The notes: generated by a model from the letters alone, not told the origin. A stretch of 63,165 nucleotides of DNA, filler included, from Octopus bimaculoides (GCF_001194135.2; 5 parts of 5 records of this genome joined end to end with filler, not necessarily neighbours in it); one strand, 5' to 3'; numbered from the whole stretch's first letter, positions 12,170-24,385 are shown. A program made the numbers and translations.

Positions 12170-12845
12170 CTAAAAATTGTCATTACAATATTTAACAATA
12201 GAAAATGGCAGAACTGTTGCTACTACTACTACTATGATGATGATGATGACGACGATGACAACGACGACGACGACGATGATGATGATGATGATGGTGATGG
12301 TGATGGTGGTGGTGGTGATGGTGGTGGTGATGATGATGATGACGACGATGATATACACTACTACTACTACTACTACTACTGCTGCTGCTGTTGCTGTTGT
12401 TCTTGATGCTGTTGATGATGTTGTTTATGTTGATGATGTTGTTGCAGCTGCAGTTTTCCATGGAGAGATTTAGTTGTTGTTAGTGATGTGATAGTGATGT
12501 TTGTATCGTTGTTTTTGTTGTTGTTGTTGTGGTGGTGGGGTCAGGGAAGTGATAGTAGTGCTTATATTGGTGGTGGCGTTGTCAATGATGGTTCTGGGGG
12601 TAACGGTAGTGTTCAATAGTAGTGTTTGTACTGGTGATAGTGTTGTTGGTAGTTGTGGTGTTGGTGGTGGTGATGGTGGCAACACCGATATTGCTAGAGA
12701 TGGTGGCTATACTATTAATGGGGATCATAGGAGTGGTGCTATTGCATTAATGGTGGTGGTAGGGTGTTGATGGTATTTTTGGTGATAATGCCCAGTATGA
12801 TGGTGGTGGTGGTGTTGGTGGTGGTGGTGGTGGTGGTGATGGTGA
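12170..12845. repeat. Mosaic trinucleotide low-complexity block (GAT/GAC/GGT/TAC/GTT)
   Basis: Direct reading; the overlapping ORFs are homopolymeric. Confidence 0.9.
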
Positions 12846-12984
12846 TTGTGGTATCCAAGCATATATCTATGTTCATAAGTGTAGGATTGGAAAACCTTGC
12901 TTTTACAGTATAGGTAGGTGTTTGGGCAAAGAGAGTTCTTCAGTATAATTCTTCTTTCCCTGAAGCTAAGTCTTCACTTTCTAC

Positions 12985-13173
12985 ATCTGGTTGTCTGACA
13001 TCAACCCAACAACGAAGATAAAGATGTACAAAACTCTATGTCTTCCAATTTTTATATATGGATGTGAGACATGGGTAATAGATACAAATATGCAAAGGGA
13101 CATGGTGAACATTTTTGACACAAGAAACCTGAGGAAAATATATCAGATATCCTATAACAACCACATTTCCAAT
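12985..13173 (+). mobile_element. RTE LINE fragment (region C-terminal to RT)
   Basis: INPTTKIKMYKTLCLPIFIYGCETWVI...FDTRNLRKIYQISYNNHISN matches the RTE K..LY..L.LP.L.YGCETW motif. Ends at (TA)n. Confidence 0.85.
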
Positions 13174-13311
13174 ATATATATATATATAAATAAAGACAGG
13201 AAATTTATGATAAACTTAGATATGTTTCGACCAAAGATTGGTCCAGGCCATGTCTAACTTAAAATTTATTTTACCAGTGGATTTTCAAAATATAACAGAA
13301 TAAATTATTTA

Positions 13312-14560
13312 TATTGGGTTGGTAACTAAGTTCCCGCTGTTTTTTATATTAAAATTTTTTAAAAGGTTTAATAAAAGATAACTAATTTATCAATAATATA
13401 TTCACCCTTGTGGTTTACAACTTCTTCCCAATGTTCAACAAGATTTTCAATACCTCGTTGGAAGAAATCACCTGATTTCAACTCGAAAAATTGATCCGAC
13501 CAAGCTCTCAATTCTGCATCAGTATTGAACGAAACTCCGCGCATAGCATTTGAAAGAGATCAAAAGAGGTGGAAATCCATTGGTGCCAAATCAAGAGAGT
13601 AAGGTGGGTGTGGCAGCACTTCCCAGCCATGCATTTGAAAGGCTTCCTTGGTCATATTGGCGATATGAGGGCGGGCATTGTCATGCAACAGAAGAACTCC
13701 ATGCTGCCGATTAGGTCTTTTCTCTTAAATAGCCGTGTTGAGTCATTCCATCTGTTGAACATAGAGTTGACCATTTGGTTCTGTTTGGTTCCATTCAAGC
13801 AATTCATAATGGATAATCCCTTCCCAGTCCCACCATATGCATAACATCGTTTTACGTGGATGAAGATCTTGTTTCATGCGCGGTGTCGCTTCTTTACTGG
13901 GGCTAAGCCATCTTTATGCTGCTTCATATTGATGTTGCGGCACCATTTTTCATTGCCAGTAATGATTCGATAAAGAAATCATTGCCTGTGTCCATGAGTT
14001 GAGCAGTGACGAGCAAGCAAACCAGTTGAGACTGTGACACATTGATTTTTATTGTTGTCACTTAAAGCATGCAGAACCCATGCTCCATACTTCTGAACCT
14101 TTCCCATCGAGTGAAGGTGCTTCTCTATAGCAGTGTGGGAGCATTCCATTTTCTCTGCCAGTTCCCTTGTCATTTGACAAGTATTTTTGTGCAAAAGTTG
14201 GTTTAATTGCTCTTCATCGAACTCAACTGGATGGCCAGAAAGAGGTGCATCTATGAGGTCAAAATTCCCATTTTTGAACTTGGCATACCAATCATGAGTG
14301 GTTCTTTCAGCTATGGTACCCTCTTCACACACAGCACAAATGTCGCAAGCAGCTTTTGTGGCCTTAGAACCTTGATTAAAAGCAAAAAGAAGGATGTGTC
14401 GAAAATGCTCGTTTTCCTTAACTTCATATTCCATTTTAATGATCTGAAAATAAGCAAAAATTAACTAAAATTAACTAGAAAAAAAGCAAAATAGATTCCA
14501 AAATGATTCAAAAATAGAATTCTTGAAAAAAAATAGATTCCAAAATTTAAAAACGTAATA
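13312..14560 (-). mobile_element. Near full-length mariner with transposase pseudogene (about 13385-14434)
   Basis: ORF 13979-14434 has the HTH region and WVLHAL (WVPHEL-like). After a stop and a frameshift it reads TGNEKW...LLHDNARPH...LPHPPYSLDLAPMDFHLF, the mariner D,D34D region with the first D changed to N. One TIR at 13312 (tattgggttggtaactaagttcc); the other end is probably in the gap at 14561. Confidence 0.93.
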
Positions 14561-14650
14561 NNNNNNNNNNNNNNNNNNNNNNNNNNNNNNNNNNNNNNNN
14601 NNNNNNNNNNNNNNNNACACTCCTTATATTTCTATTTTGTATCATACTAT

Positions 14651-15146
14651 TAGGTTGAGGAAAAAGTTCGTGCAGCGTGTTAAAATAATGTTTTGTTTTT
14701 TTTTATATATTTTTGTGGTATGTGTGTTCATTCAGTTCATGTCATGTTCACTGGTGACTCACTGTGTTCATTGAAAATGCACTTTGTTTCAACAAGACGA
14801 TGCAAAGCTACACACTACCAGAAAGACTAGCAACAAGATTGAAGAATTGGAAGTGTGGAAGTTCTGCTGCATCCAGCCTATAGTCCAGACGTTGCTCCAT
14901 CTGACTATGATCTCTTCTGATCAATGCAGAACTTTATGAAAGGTCACCAATTTGAGTCATTTGATGAAGTTGAAGAAGCCTGTCAAGAATTTTTCAATTC
15001 AAAGCTGAAGGATTGGTACTTTGACTAAATCTGAAAGCTTGCAGATCATTGGCAGAAGGTCATGGAAAATAGTTGTTGTTTTTGAATAAATTCTTGCATA
15101 AAAAATCATTATTTTAACACGGCATGCAAACTTTTACCTCAACCTA
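14651..15146 (+). mobile_element. Non-autonomous mariner deletion derivative
   Basis: TA-flanked TIRs of about 40 bp (taggttgaggaaaaagtt...gtgttaaaataatg / cattattttaacac...aacttttacctcaaccta). Internal remnant LLHPAYSPDVAPSDYDLF...EEACQEFF. Confidence 0.9.
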
Positions 15147-15381
15147 GTATATATTCTCTGTTTTGTAGAATGATGCAATACGGAGCTTTTTTTATGAGCA
15201 CCATATACAAATAGCAAACAATTTACGAGAAAAATAATTCACGAAAAATTAATTTGCAAAGGTATCATTTATTCTGTTATTATCCAATATAACTGTTTTA
15301 AAAATGATAGTAACAGAATCAATGATACAGGCGATAGCCTAGTTCAGTGTAGTCTGTGCAGCTCAAAGTTAGGTGAACAAA

Positions 15382-15661
15382 ATACAAATAAGTAACAAAG
15401 ATGTCCAGGTATCAATGCATCATGGTTGTTTCAAGTGGCTCCATTTAAACAATTAATGAAAACATTAAATCAATTTGAAAGCAACCACTCTCCTCAGACG
15501 TAGATGACCATATTGATTTTCAACATAAAGGATAAACTATTTTTAGCAAATTTATATCAGTACTAGAAACCAAAATAATTACATTGTTTCCTTGTATTAT
15601 ATTTGTGTCAGAAACGGCCGTAATGCATTTATATTTAGACATCCTTGTTACTTATTTGTAT
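15382..15661. repeat. Inverted repeat with outward-facing hammerhead 3' halves (arms 15382-15432 / 15611-15661)
   Basis: Right arm GAAAC-GGCC-GTA-atgcatt...gacatccttgttacttatttgtat. Left arm is its degenerate reverse complement. The minus strand carries CTGAGGA at 15491-15497 with an 8-bp stem II (gagtggtt/agccactt), but stem III is decayed. Confidence 0.7.
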
Positions 15662-15896
15662 ATATATATTCAGTTACTATGAAGATATATAAACCTCTTA
15701 TAGGGAAGGTTCCATCCAAATTATACTGGTTTAATATATTATGTATCGCTTCAATAGATACATTATAAATATCAAATATTATTATTAAGTAAGAAAATGG
15801 TGAGATTTAATGGGTCTACATTAATTAATTAACATTGCTCACAATTGTTTCAATTTACATTCAATACAAGTTACAAAACATATATAACAAAATAAG

Positions 15897-16241
15897 TTAG
15901 TATTTTGAAGATTTTGAGAGAAATAGCATCATGGCTGTTGCCAATGTTGTCACCAATGTTGTTGGATGAGCTGCTGCTGCTATTATGCTGTTTGTTAGGG
16001 CTGGATACCACCACAGCCTCATATACAACCCCTCGGCCTCACTTTCCCCCCACCCCACCCTCTCTGAGCAGTCATTGTACTCCCTGCATGAGCAAACAGC
16101 CTCTGCTCGTGTTTCAGGAATGTTTACTAATATTTTTTTAATGTTGGGCATGCAACTAAAGGAGACCTTTAGGTTGTGCCTATTGAACAGACAATATATA
16201 ATATATATTAAATTCAAATTACGATAAACGTAAACAAACAA
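15897..16241 (-). mobile_element. Penelope-like element remnant
   Basis: LFNRHNLKVSFSCMPNIKKIL...CSCR...C is the characteristic PLE FNR..LKVSYSCMPN...CNCR segment that precedes GIY-YIG. Confidence 0.8.
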
Positions 16242-16717
16242 ACGAAGTTTGCTTTTAGAAGCATTGAGATGTCTTAGAAAGTTAAAGAAGTGATTTTTAA
16301 ATTCTTGAACGCAAGATAATGCTAATAATATAGCCTGAACAGGATAAGCTACCCCTAATTTGCAGAAAAAAGTGTTGGCGGCCAGATCTTTTGTTTACAA
16401 ATTAACCAACCATCACGGTTTTTTATCTCCACTTTGAAGAGAGGTTATAAGACTAAGTGCTTTATGGATGTGAAACCATTGGTCACTCTATGACTGGGCA
16501 TATAATTAACCTCTTGTAAATCCATTACTGTTCTAATATATATATTACCTTTATTTTAAAACCTATGAGGTATTTTGTGTGGTTGTGTATAGTATATGTG
16601 TGTGTGAGTCAGTGTGTGTAAATATGCATGCATGCATATATACCTATATGCACTGACTCCTCACACACACACATATATGCACACACATGCACATATACAT
16701 ACATACATACATTATAT

Positions 16718-16913
16718 AGGAGTGGGTGTGTGGTAAGAAGCTTGCTTCTAAACCACATGGTTCCAGGTTCAGTCCCACTGCATTGCACCTTGGGCAAGTG
16801 CCTTCTTCTATAGCCTTGGGTCGATCAAAGCCTTGTGAGTGGATTTGGTTGATGGAAACTGAAAGAAGCCTGTCATATGTGTGTGTGTGTGTTTGTGTAT
16901 GTCTCCCCCCACC
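16718..16913 (+). mobile_element. SINE family A 5' part, truncated by assembly gap
   Basis: gggtgtgtggtaagaagcttgctt...ggttcagtcccactgcattgcaccttgggcaagtgcc. Confidence 0.85.
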
Positions 16914-17784
16914 NNNNNNNNNNNNNNNNNNNNNNNNNNNNNNNNNNNNNNNNNNNNNNNNNNNNNNNNNNNNNNNNNNNNNNNNNNNNNNNNNNNNNNN
17001 NNNNNNNNNNNNNNNNNNNNNNNNNNNNNNNNNNNNNNNNNNNNNNNNNNNNNNNNNNNNNNNNNNNNNNNNNNNNNNNNNNNNNNNNNNNNNNNNNNNN
17101 NNNNNNNNNNNNNNNNNNNNNNNNNNNNNNNNNNNNNNNNNNNNNNNNNNNNNNNNNNNNNNNNNNNNNNNNNNNNNNNNNNNNNNNNNNNNNNNNNNNN
17201 NNNNNNNNNNNNNNNNNNNNNNNNNNNNNNNNNNNNNNNNNNNNNNNNNNNNNNNNNNNNNNNNNNNNNNNNNNNNNNNNNNNNNNNNNNNNNNNNNNNN
17301 NNNNNNNNNNNNNNNNNNNNNNNNNNNNNNNNNNNNNNNNNNNNNNNNNNNNNNNNNNNNNNNNNNNNNNNNNNNNNNNNNNNNNNNNNNNNNNNNNNNN
17401 NNNNNNNNNNNNNNNNNNNNNNNNNNNNNNNNNNNNNNNNNNNNNNNNNNNNNNNNNNNNNNNNNNNNNNNNNNNNNNNNNNNNNNNNNNNNNNNNNNNN
17501 NNNNNNNNNNNNNNNNNNNNNNNNNNNNNNNNNNNNNNNNNNNNNNNNNNNNNNNNNNNNNNNNNNNNNNNNNNNNNNNNNNNNNNNNNNNNNNNNNNNN
17601 NNNNNNNNNNNNNNNNNNNNNNNNNNNNNNNNNNNNNNNNNNNNNNNNNNNNNNNNNNNNNNNNNNNNNNNNNNNNNNNNNNNNNNNNNNNNNNNNNNNN
17701 NNNNNNNNNNNNNNNNNNNNNNNNNNNNNNNNNNNNNNNNNNNNNNNNNNNNNNNNNNNNNNNNNNNNNNNNNNNNNNNNNNNN

Positions 17785-17826
<42 letters not shown>

Positions 17827-18452
17827 CACACACAGAGTCTCACACATATACATATATATATATATACTATATATTACACATACACACACACATACACACA
17901 TGCACATTTTATGCCTCAGATAAGTTCCTAAAAATTATTAAATATAAAACTTTTCAGACACTCAACAATAAAGGTACAATATATTTCACCATACTTAAAA
18001 TACTAATAGACTTTTATAACCTGGAGATATGAATTACAAAGAGAATGAATTCAAATCAAAAGAGAATTTTATTTCATTTTCAAGAGAAGAATAAAATCTT
18101 GCTTAATTTTCTATAGTAACTTTCTATAAATTCTTATACTTGAATAGAGAAAAAGAAAATTAATTTTTCTTTTTAATCAATTACTAAAATATTTGATGAA
18201 ATTGAAATTTATTTAAAAAACAATAAATGGCGTTGCTTTAATTAGATGATTGTAGTAATTAGGCATTGAATGCTTAAAATTTGATAAATTATTATTTGTG
18301 AGCTCCCAGAGAATAAAATTTGAGATTCCTCCATTTCCATCCTTAACGATTTGCTTTCATTACCTTGGTGCTTTAATTACCAACTGCAATTAATATCATC
18401 ATACAAGATCTCATTCACCTCCTTAATACAGTATTTATTTGAGGAAAACTAG

Positions 18453-18744
18453 TTAAACCCTTTAGCATTTCAACTAGCCATATCCAGCCCAAATGTTCTG
18501 CCTGTTTTATATTCAAACAGGCCAGATTAAGCTCTTCACACCTACCCTACAATGCCATTCTAGATATAAACACATCTTTCAAAGCTCAAGTTATGAGATA
18601 ATACACATCTTTGAAAGCTCAAAGTTATGAAAAGCTCAAAGTTATGAAAAGCTCAAAGTTATGAGATAATACAGGATTAGTTTTATAACATGGGAATAAA
18701 TAACTGTTCTATTTTACAAAGTAATCAGAATGCTAAGGGGTTAA
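18453..18744. mobile_element. piggyBac-like MITE, family 1
   Basis: TTAA-flanked TIRs ccctttagcatt / aatgctaagggg; internal tandem aaagctcaaagttatg units. Confidence 0.75.
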
Positions 18745-18809
18745 GTTGTTGCACTTTCTTAGTTCTTTCTTCATTGTGTTCACATCAACAATATATTTTG
18801 GTTAGTCCA

Positions 18810-19046
18810 CATTACTCTATAAGGAGCAAAATGCCAGTTTCCTGGTTTCTCTGGTGTATATATTCCTCCCTTGACAGGACACTGGTTCATTGCAGAAGTA
18901 CTCATTTTTGCCAGTTGAGTGGACTGGATCAATGTGAAATGCAGTGTTTTGCTCAAGAACACAATGCATCACCTGATGCAAGAATCAAAACCACAATCTT
19001 AGAATAATAAGCCCAGCACCCTAACCTCTAAGCCATGTGCCTCCAC
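18810..19046 (-). mobile_element. tRNA-derived SINE family D
   Basis: Minus head gtggaggcacatggcttagaggttaggg, then gtgttcttgagcaaaacact and ccagtccactcaactggcaaaaatgagta. Related to 30466-30612. Confidence 0.7.
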
Positions 19047-20214
19047 ACAATATATTGTAGGATTATTAAATAGATGTGATTAAGTTTCTATATTATCTAA
19101 ATCAGCATGATTAGCATGAAAAAACCAGGAAGAAATGTGGGAATATTGAAATCAAGGAGAAAAACAACTAGAGAGAGTGAAGGGTAGAGAGTGAAGGGTA
19201 GAGAGAGAGAGGGAGGGAAGGACAAAATAAGAGAAAGAAAGAACTGATGTTCTCAAGGCAGACCAACACTTATATACCATCAAATATGTTGCCTCAACAT
19301 GGCTATAGCCAGTGTTATTGCCTTTTGTTAAGAATGTGGAGGAATTAAATAGGCTAGTTGTCCACTTAAACATGAGTATCACCCATATCAAGACAAGACT
19401 AACTCATTACTACATTATCTACATTCTGATTTTAATTAAAATTTAGGGTAGGAAGGGGGTTGTCTCCCCTACTTTTCTTGATTAAAAATGATCATTAAGT
19501 AGTTAATTATTCTTCCTCTTTAACACAAGTGTAATTCTAATTAATCAAAATTTCTTTGATCACTATATGCTAATATACTTTAAGTATATTTGCACCGGCC
19601 TTACCAATTGCATAAACCTCAACAGTTATGAAAATGAACCCAGTACCTTGTCAAAAGAAACCAAAAATGTAAATGGCAATCCTATTTTGAAAGAAAATTC
19701 AAGAACTTAAGATTGCTGTCAAAGATGTGCTATAAATTATAATAAAATATTCTAAAAACATCAAGATATGGTAACAGTAAAAATATCAATCAATGATCTC
19801 TCCAGAAAATATAGTTGCTCTCCAATCACTTGGAAATAAAAACAATTATCTGAATGCAGATTATAAATTATAGACGTTCATGATAAAACAGGTGATAAAT
19901 TAAGGATAGGATGTTTACCAATAAGATGAATAAGAAGTAAAAGATAATTACCAGGGCAACAAATTTTGATTTCTTATAAGATAGTCATTATGCATTGTAT
20001 TGTAAATTGAAGAATGCTGCAGTAAAACTGTATTATGATTTAAGGATGGTCACCGAAACAATTTGTCACAGAATGAAAAATGTTCATAAACAATGGCATA
20101 AAGTGTGTAGTGAATCAGAATAAGTTGAAATTTGAATGGTGTTTTTTAAGAGGTGAATATAAACATTATTTCATAAAACAAGTGTCAGTTGTTTAAATGA
20201 CATTGTGCTCACTA

Positions 20215-20518
20215 GGTATGTGAGGAATCAGTTGTAGATTGCAAGAGAGAGACAGCTAGGTTGGTATAGACATGTGATGCAGATGAATGATGACAGGTGG
20301 ATGAAAAAATATCAGGAAAGAAATGTGAAAGGAACCAGTGGAAGAGAATGACCAAGGAAGACATGGGTAGAAGTGGTGAAGGCTAATCTCAGGATGTTCA
20401 ACCTCATGAAGATGACAAAGAAACACTATAGGTATTGGGATGTAGGAGGGTATTTGCCTAATTCATCTGAGCATGGAAAAAAAAGATGCAAAAATGATGA
20501 GGAGGGGGATGAGGATGT
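20215..20518 (+). mobile_element. Degenerate RTE LINE ORF C-terminus plus short tail
   Basis: ERQLGWYRHVMQMNDDRWMKK...G.SGRE*PRKTWVEVVKANL resembles the RTE RLRW.GHV.RM...GRPRKTW motif. Confidence 0.8.
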
Positions 20519-20551
20519 AAGAAATTGATTTAGAAGTAACATTTAGCTAGT

Positions 20552-20772
20552 TTAACCCTCTAGTATTCAAACAGGCCATATCTAGCCGAAATATTTTGCA
20601 TGTTTTATATTCAAACTTGCCAGATCTAGCCTCTCATCTCAATCCTACTATGTCATTTTAAGAATAAACAATCACATCATTGAAATCTCAAAGTTATGAC
20701 AATGTATGATTATTCAAAACAAGGTGAATAAATATTAGATTTGACAGAGTAATCTGAATGCTAAAGGGTTAA
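20552..20772. mobile_element. piggyBac-like MITE, family 1
   Basis: TTAA-ccctctagtatt...aatgctaaaggg-TTAA; body homologous to 18453-18744. Confidence 0.8.
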
Positions 20773-21033
20773 GGGAAAGATATAACGAGGACTATAGAAT
20801 AACAACCGAACTAGCAATACACTCTAGACTCACCTACTGCTATTGTCAGTCTGCATTTATGTAAATAGTGTTGAAAAAATGCTTATAAAAGGAGAGAAAA
20901 TCATAAAGTAAATTTAGAAAAAATAGCACTGGTTTGAAAGTAATCTTATAATAGTACTAAAATAAACAATCAAGCAATACACTCTGTGTGCTTTTAATCA
21001 GTGAAGGGAAATGTAAAAATTATAGAATTTATA

Positions 21034-21202
21034 GGCGCAGGAGTGGCTGTGTGGTAAGTAGCTTGCTTACCAACCACATGGTCCCGGGTTCAGTCCCACT
21101 GCGTGGCACCTTGGGCAAGTGTCTTTTACTATAGCCTCGGGCTGACCAAAGCCTTGTGAGTGGATTTGGTAGACGGAAACTGGAAGAAGCCCGTCGTATA
21201 TG

Positions 21203-21264
<62 letters not shown>

Positions 21265-21480
21265 TGTGTTTGTGTGTCTGTTTGTCCCCCCAGCATCACT
21301 TGACAACCGATGTTGGTGTGTTTACGTCCCCGTAACTTAGCGGTTCGGCAAAAAAGAGACCGATAGAATAAGTACTAGGCTTACAAAGAATAAGCTCTGG
21401 GGTCGATTTGCTCGACTATAAAGGCGGTGCTCCAGCATGGCCACAGTCAAATGACTGAAACAAGTAAAAGAGTAAAAGAG
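21034..21480 (+). mobile_element. Full-length SINE family A (tRNA head, CORE-like segment, central microsatellite)
   Basis: A-box-like tggctgtgtggtaag, B-box gggttcagtcc, caccttgggcaagtgtctt (resembles the CORE/MIR core), central (TA)n(TG)n, tail (aagagtaa)n. Confidence 0.92.
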
Positions 21481-21837
21481 ATTATCATTAACCACTTCTG
21501 GCACATTCCACTACTTTCTCATTTAGCCTTTAACCAGCTTTCCATTGGGTTAAGCTAATTACTCAACAGACTCATGATCAAAGGCATTCCAGTTGTAACC
21601 ATGATATTTGTTTCTTAGAACTATGTAAGACTATGTTGTCTAATGTATCCTTCACAATTTTCAAGGCGTGATATTTTGGTGATACAGCTTCTATGTCTAG
21701 CAGGTTGATTGACTACATTGAGGTTTCCTCAATAGCAAAATTGTTTGCTTTTGTTGCTCCCAGAGATGGCTATGCTCGATTGTTACCATATGTAAACATA
21801 GACATTTAACATGGGTTCAGAACAGATAATTTATATA

Positions 21838-22056
21838 CTCTTTTACTCTTTTACTTGTTTCAGTCATTTGACTGTGGCCATGCTGGAGCACTGCCTTTAG
21901 TTGAGCAAATCGACCCCACGACTTATTCTTTGTAAGCCTAGTACTTACTCTATCGGTCTCTTTTGCTGAACCGCTAAGTTACGGGGGTCATAAACACACC
22001 AGCATCGGTTGTCAAGTGATGGTGGGGGACAAACACAGACACACAAACACACATAC

Positions 22057-22099
<43 letters not shown>

Positions 22100-22265
22100 T
22101 ACGATGGGCTTCTTTCAGTTTCTGACTACCAAATCCACTCACAAGGCTTTGGTCGGCCCGAAGCTATAGTAGAAGACACTTGCCCAAGGTGCCACGCAGT
22201 GGGACTGAACCCGGAACCATGTGGTTGGTAGGCAAGCTACTTACCACACAGCCACTCTGGCACCT
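21838..22265 (-). mobile_element. Full-length SINE family A, inverted relative to 21034-21480
   Basis: Reverse complement matches 21034-21480 throughout with few differences. Confidence 0.92.
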
Positions 22266-22884
22266 ATGTAAACTATATTATTTGTCTAATGTGTTCCAAT
22301 ATTTTTGTAAATATAGATAACGTAGTAAGAGGAGAAATAGATAGTCTAGAAGAGAAGAGAAGAAGCTTTTTTCAAACTAGAGACCTGTTCCAAGTGTTAG
22401 CAACAGACTGAACTCTTCCCAAAAGCAAACACAGGGCAAGTGATGAAGGTGAACATGGTGACAGATTAAGTCCACCACACATAAATAGCCTCAATTACTT
22501 TGATAAGCTACCACACAAATTCTTTCAAAATTTCAATCAATAACAGTAACAACGTAGAGTCAAGTGGACTTGTCCATCAAGGAATAGACACAATGCAGCA
22601 GCCAGCCTCTTCACCAGTTCTTCATTACTGAATTTATCTGGCTCATCTTTTCAATCCTGCAAAAGTCTAATGTATTCAGAAAATACAGTGCTGACCCCCA
22701 AGGTAAAATTCGATTAATTAGAAATGGCTGTTAAAAAAGGAGAATTACATAATTTAAGAATCAATACTAAACAACGTGCCACAAATTAAAAATTACCAAC
22801 AGGCAAAGGACTACTAATTAAAGACATTTGTAAATTAACTCAGTTATAAATTAACTCTTTAAGCTGATTCATTGATTTATGTTA

Positions 22885-23585
22885 TGGGTTGTGTGGTTGA
22901 GAAATTCACTTGATAACCATAAGGGCTCAGGTTCAGTCCCACTATAGGACATCTTATGCAAGAATCTTCTACTATAACCTTTGTTTAATACCTTGAGGAT
23001 GAAATTTAGTGAACAGAAACTGCAGAAGCCTGTTGACCACACACACACACACACACATTCACTCAATTCACTCTGTAAAATGGTTGGCAGCAAGCAGAGC
23101 AATAAATAAATCATCATCTTTTTAAAATTCCCTTTTCCAGATAGAATTATGTTGAGGCAGATTCTTTTCCATGGCCAGATGCCGTTTCTTTCACCAGCCC
23201 TCACTTGCTTCCAAATAAGGTGATATTTCCCCGTGACTAGACATGTTTTCACGGAAGTTTGGAAACAAATGACACTTGTATGATGGTGACACGTGTTAAC
23301 AACTATCATGCAATGTCAAGGCAAGATGATTGTATACCCCCCACCCCACCCTGCGCGCACACACACACATACACACACACATATATATACATGTATATAT
23401 ATATGATGGGCTCTTTTTCAATTTCCATCTACCAAATCCACTCTATTAAATCCAATCACAAATCCACTTTGGTCACCCTGGGGCTACTGTAGAAGGAATG
23501 TACCAAAGTACTAAACATTAGGATTGAACTCAGAACCATGTAGCTGGAAGACAAACCTTTTACCACACAGCCACACCTGTGCCTA
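22885..23585 (-). mobile_element. Two degenerate SINE family A 5' halves (about 22885-23060 plus strand; 23400-23585 minus strand)
   Basis: ggttcagtcccacta...ggcaag-like motifs and the tctaccaaatccactc motif. Confidence 0.55.
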
Positions 23586-23687
23586 TATATAACCTCTGTG
23601 TGTGTGTGTGAGTCGTCTAAGAGTCCATAAGTCAGGGAAAAGATGCACTCGTATATCTGTCAGTAGAGTGGGTATATTTATCAGCTG

Positions 23688-23975
23688 AAATGTACAGTAT
23701 TATATATTCATCATGGCTGATCATACCAATCGGTTTTGCATGAAGAATACAATGGAGTGTCATGTAACAATCCGCTTACATAGCCTTACACTCATCAGAG
23801 TTAGGTGATATGGAAAGGAATATGGTGAGAGCAGTCACCATATTCTTTTCCATAGCAGCTAACTCTGATGAGTGTAAGGTTATATAATTAGATTGTTACC
23901 TAACACTTCGTTGCATTCCTAGCACAAAACCGATTTGTAAGATCAACCATGATGGATATATAATCCTGTACATTT
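23688..23975. repeat. Imperfect palindrome of about 290 bp carrying two divergent hammerhead motifs
   Basis: Arms include ccttacactcatcagagttag / ctaactctgatgagtgtaagg and tatggaaaggaatatggtga / tcaccatattcttttccata, centre near 23831. Plus HHR: CTGATGA (23865)-gtgtaagg...cctagcac-AAAACCGATTTGTA. The minus HHR mirrors it. Both have G12>A. Confidence 0.85.
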
Positions 23976-24016
23976 TGGATAATATATGTACATATATATG
24001 TACATATATATATATA

Positions 24017-24116
24017 NNNNNNNNNNNNNNNNNNNNNNNNNNNNNNNNNNNNNNNNNNNNTTAATTAATTAANNNNNNNNNNNNNNNNNNNNNNNNNNNN
24101 NNNNNNNNNNNNNNNN
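24017..24116. other. Artificial 100-base scaffold gap marker (44 N + TTAATTAATTAA + 44 N)
   Basis: Identical constructs at 35515-35614, 60491-60590 and 61759-61858. TTAATTAATTAA gives stops in all six frames. Confidence 0.95.
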
Positions 24117-24385
24117 ATATACATACATATATATATATATACATACACACACATATATATGGATCAAAACAGTTTGATATAAACTCCTTGGTACTCTAAG
24201 TTTCAAGTGCGGTGGTAATCTTTGGCCATAAACTCCCTGCTTGAAACTCAGAGTACCAATAAGTTTGAATCAAGCTGTTTTCATCCATACATGCAACTTC
24301 CAATAAATGTGCTGAGTGCCCCTCTTTTGTTTGTCTACATCCTCCTATATATATATATATATCTATATATATATATATATATATA

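Noticed and set aside
13212-13260. Small hairpin with GAAAC-ATAT-CTA on the minus strand
   Set aside because: It lacks CTGANGA and the GUH triplet, so it is too decayed to call a ribozyme.
24061-24072. TTAATTAATTAA islands inside N-runs (also 35559, 60535, 61803)
   Set aside because: Each is 44 N + 12 bp + 44 N = 100 bases with six-frame stops. These are artificial gap spacers, not biology.
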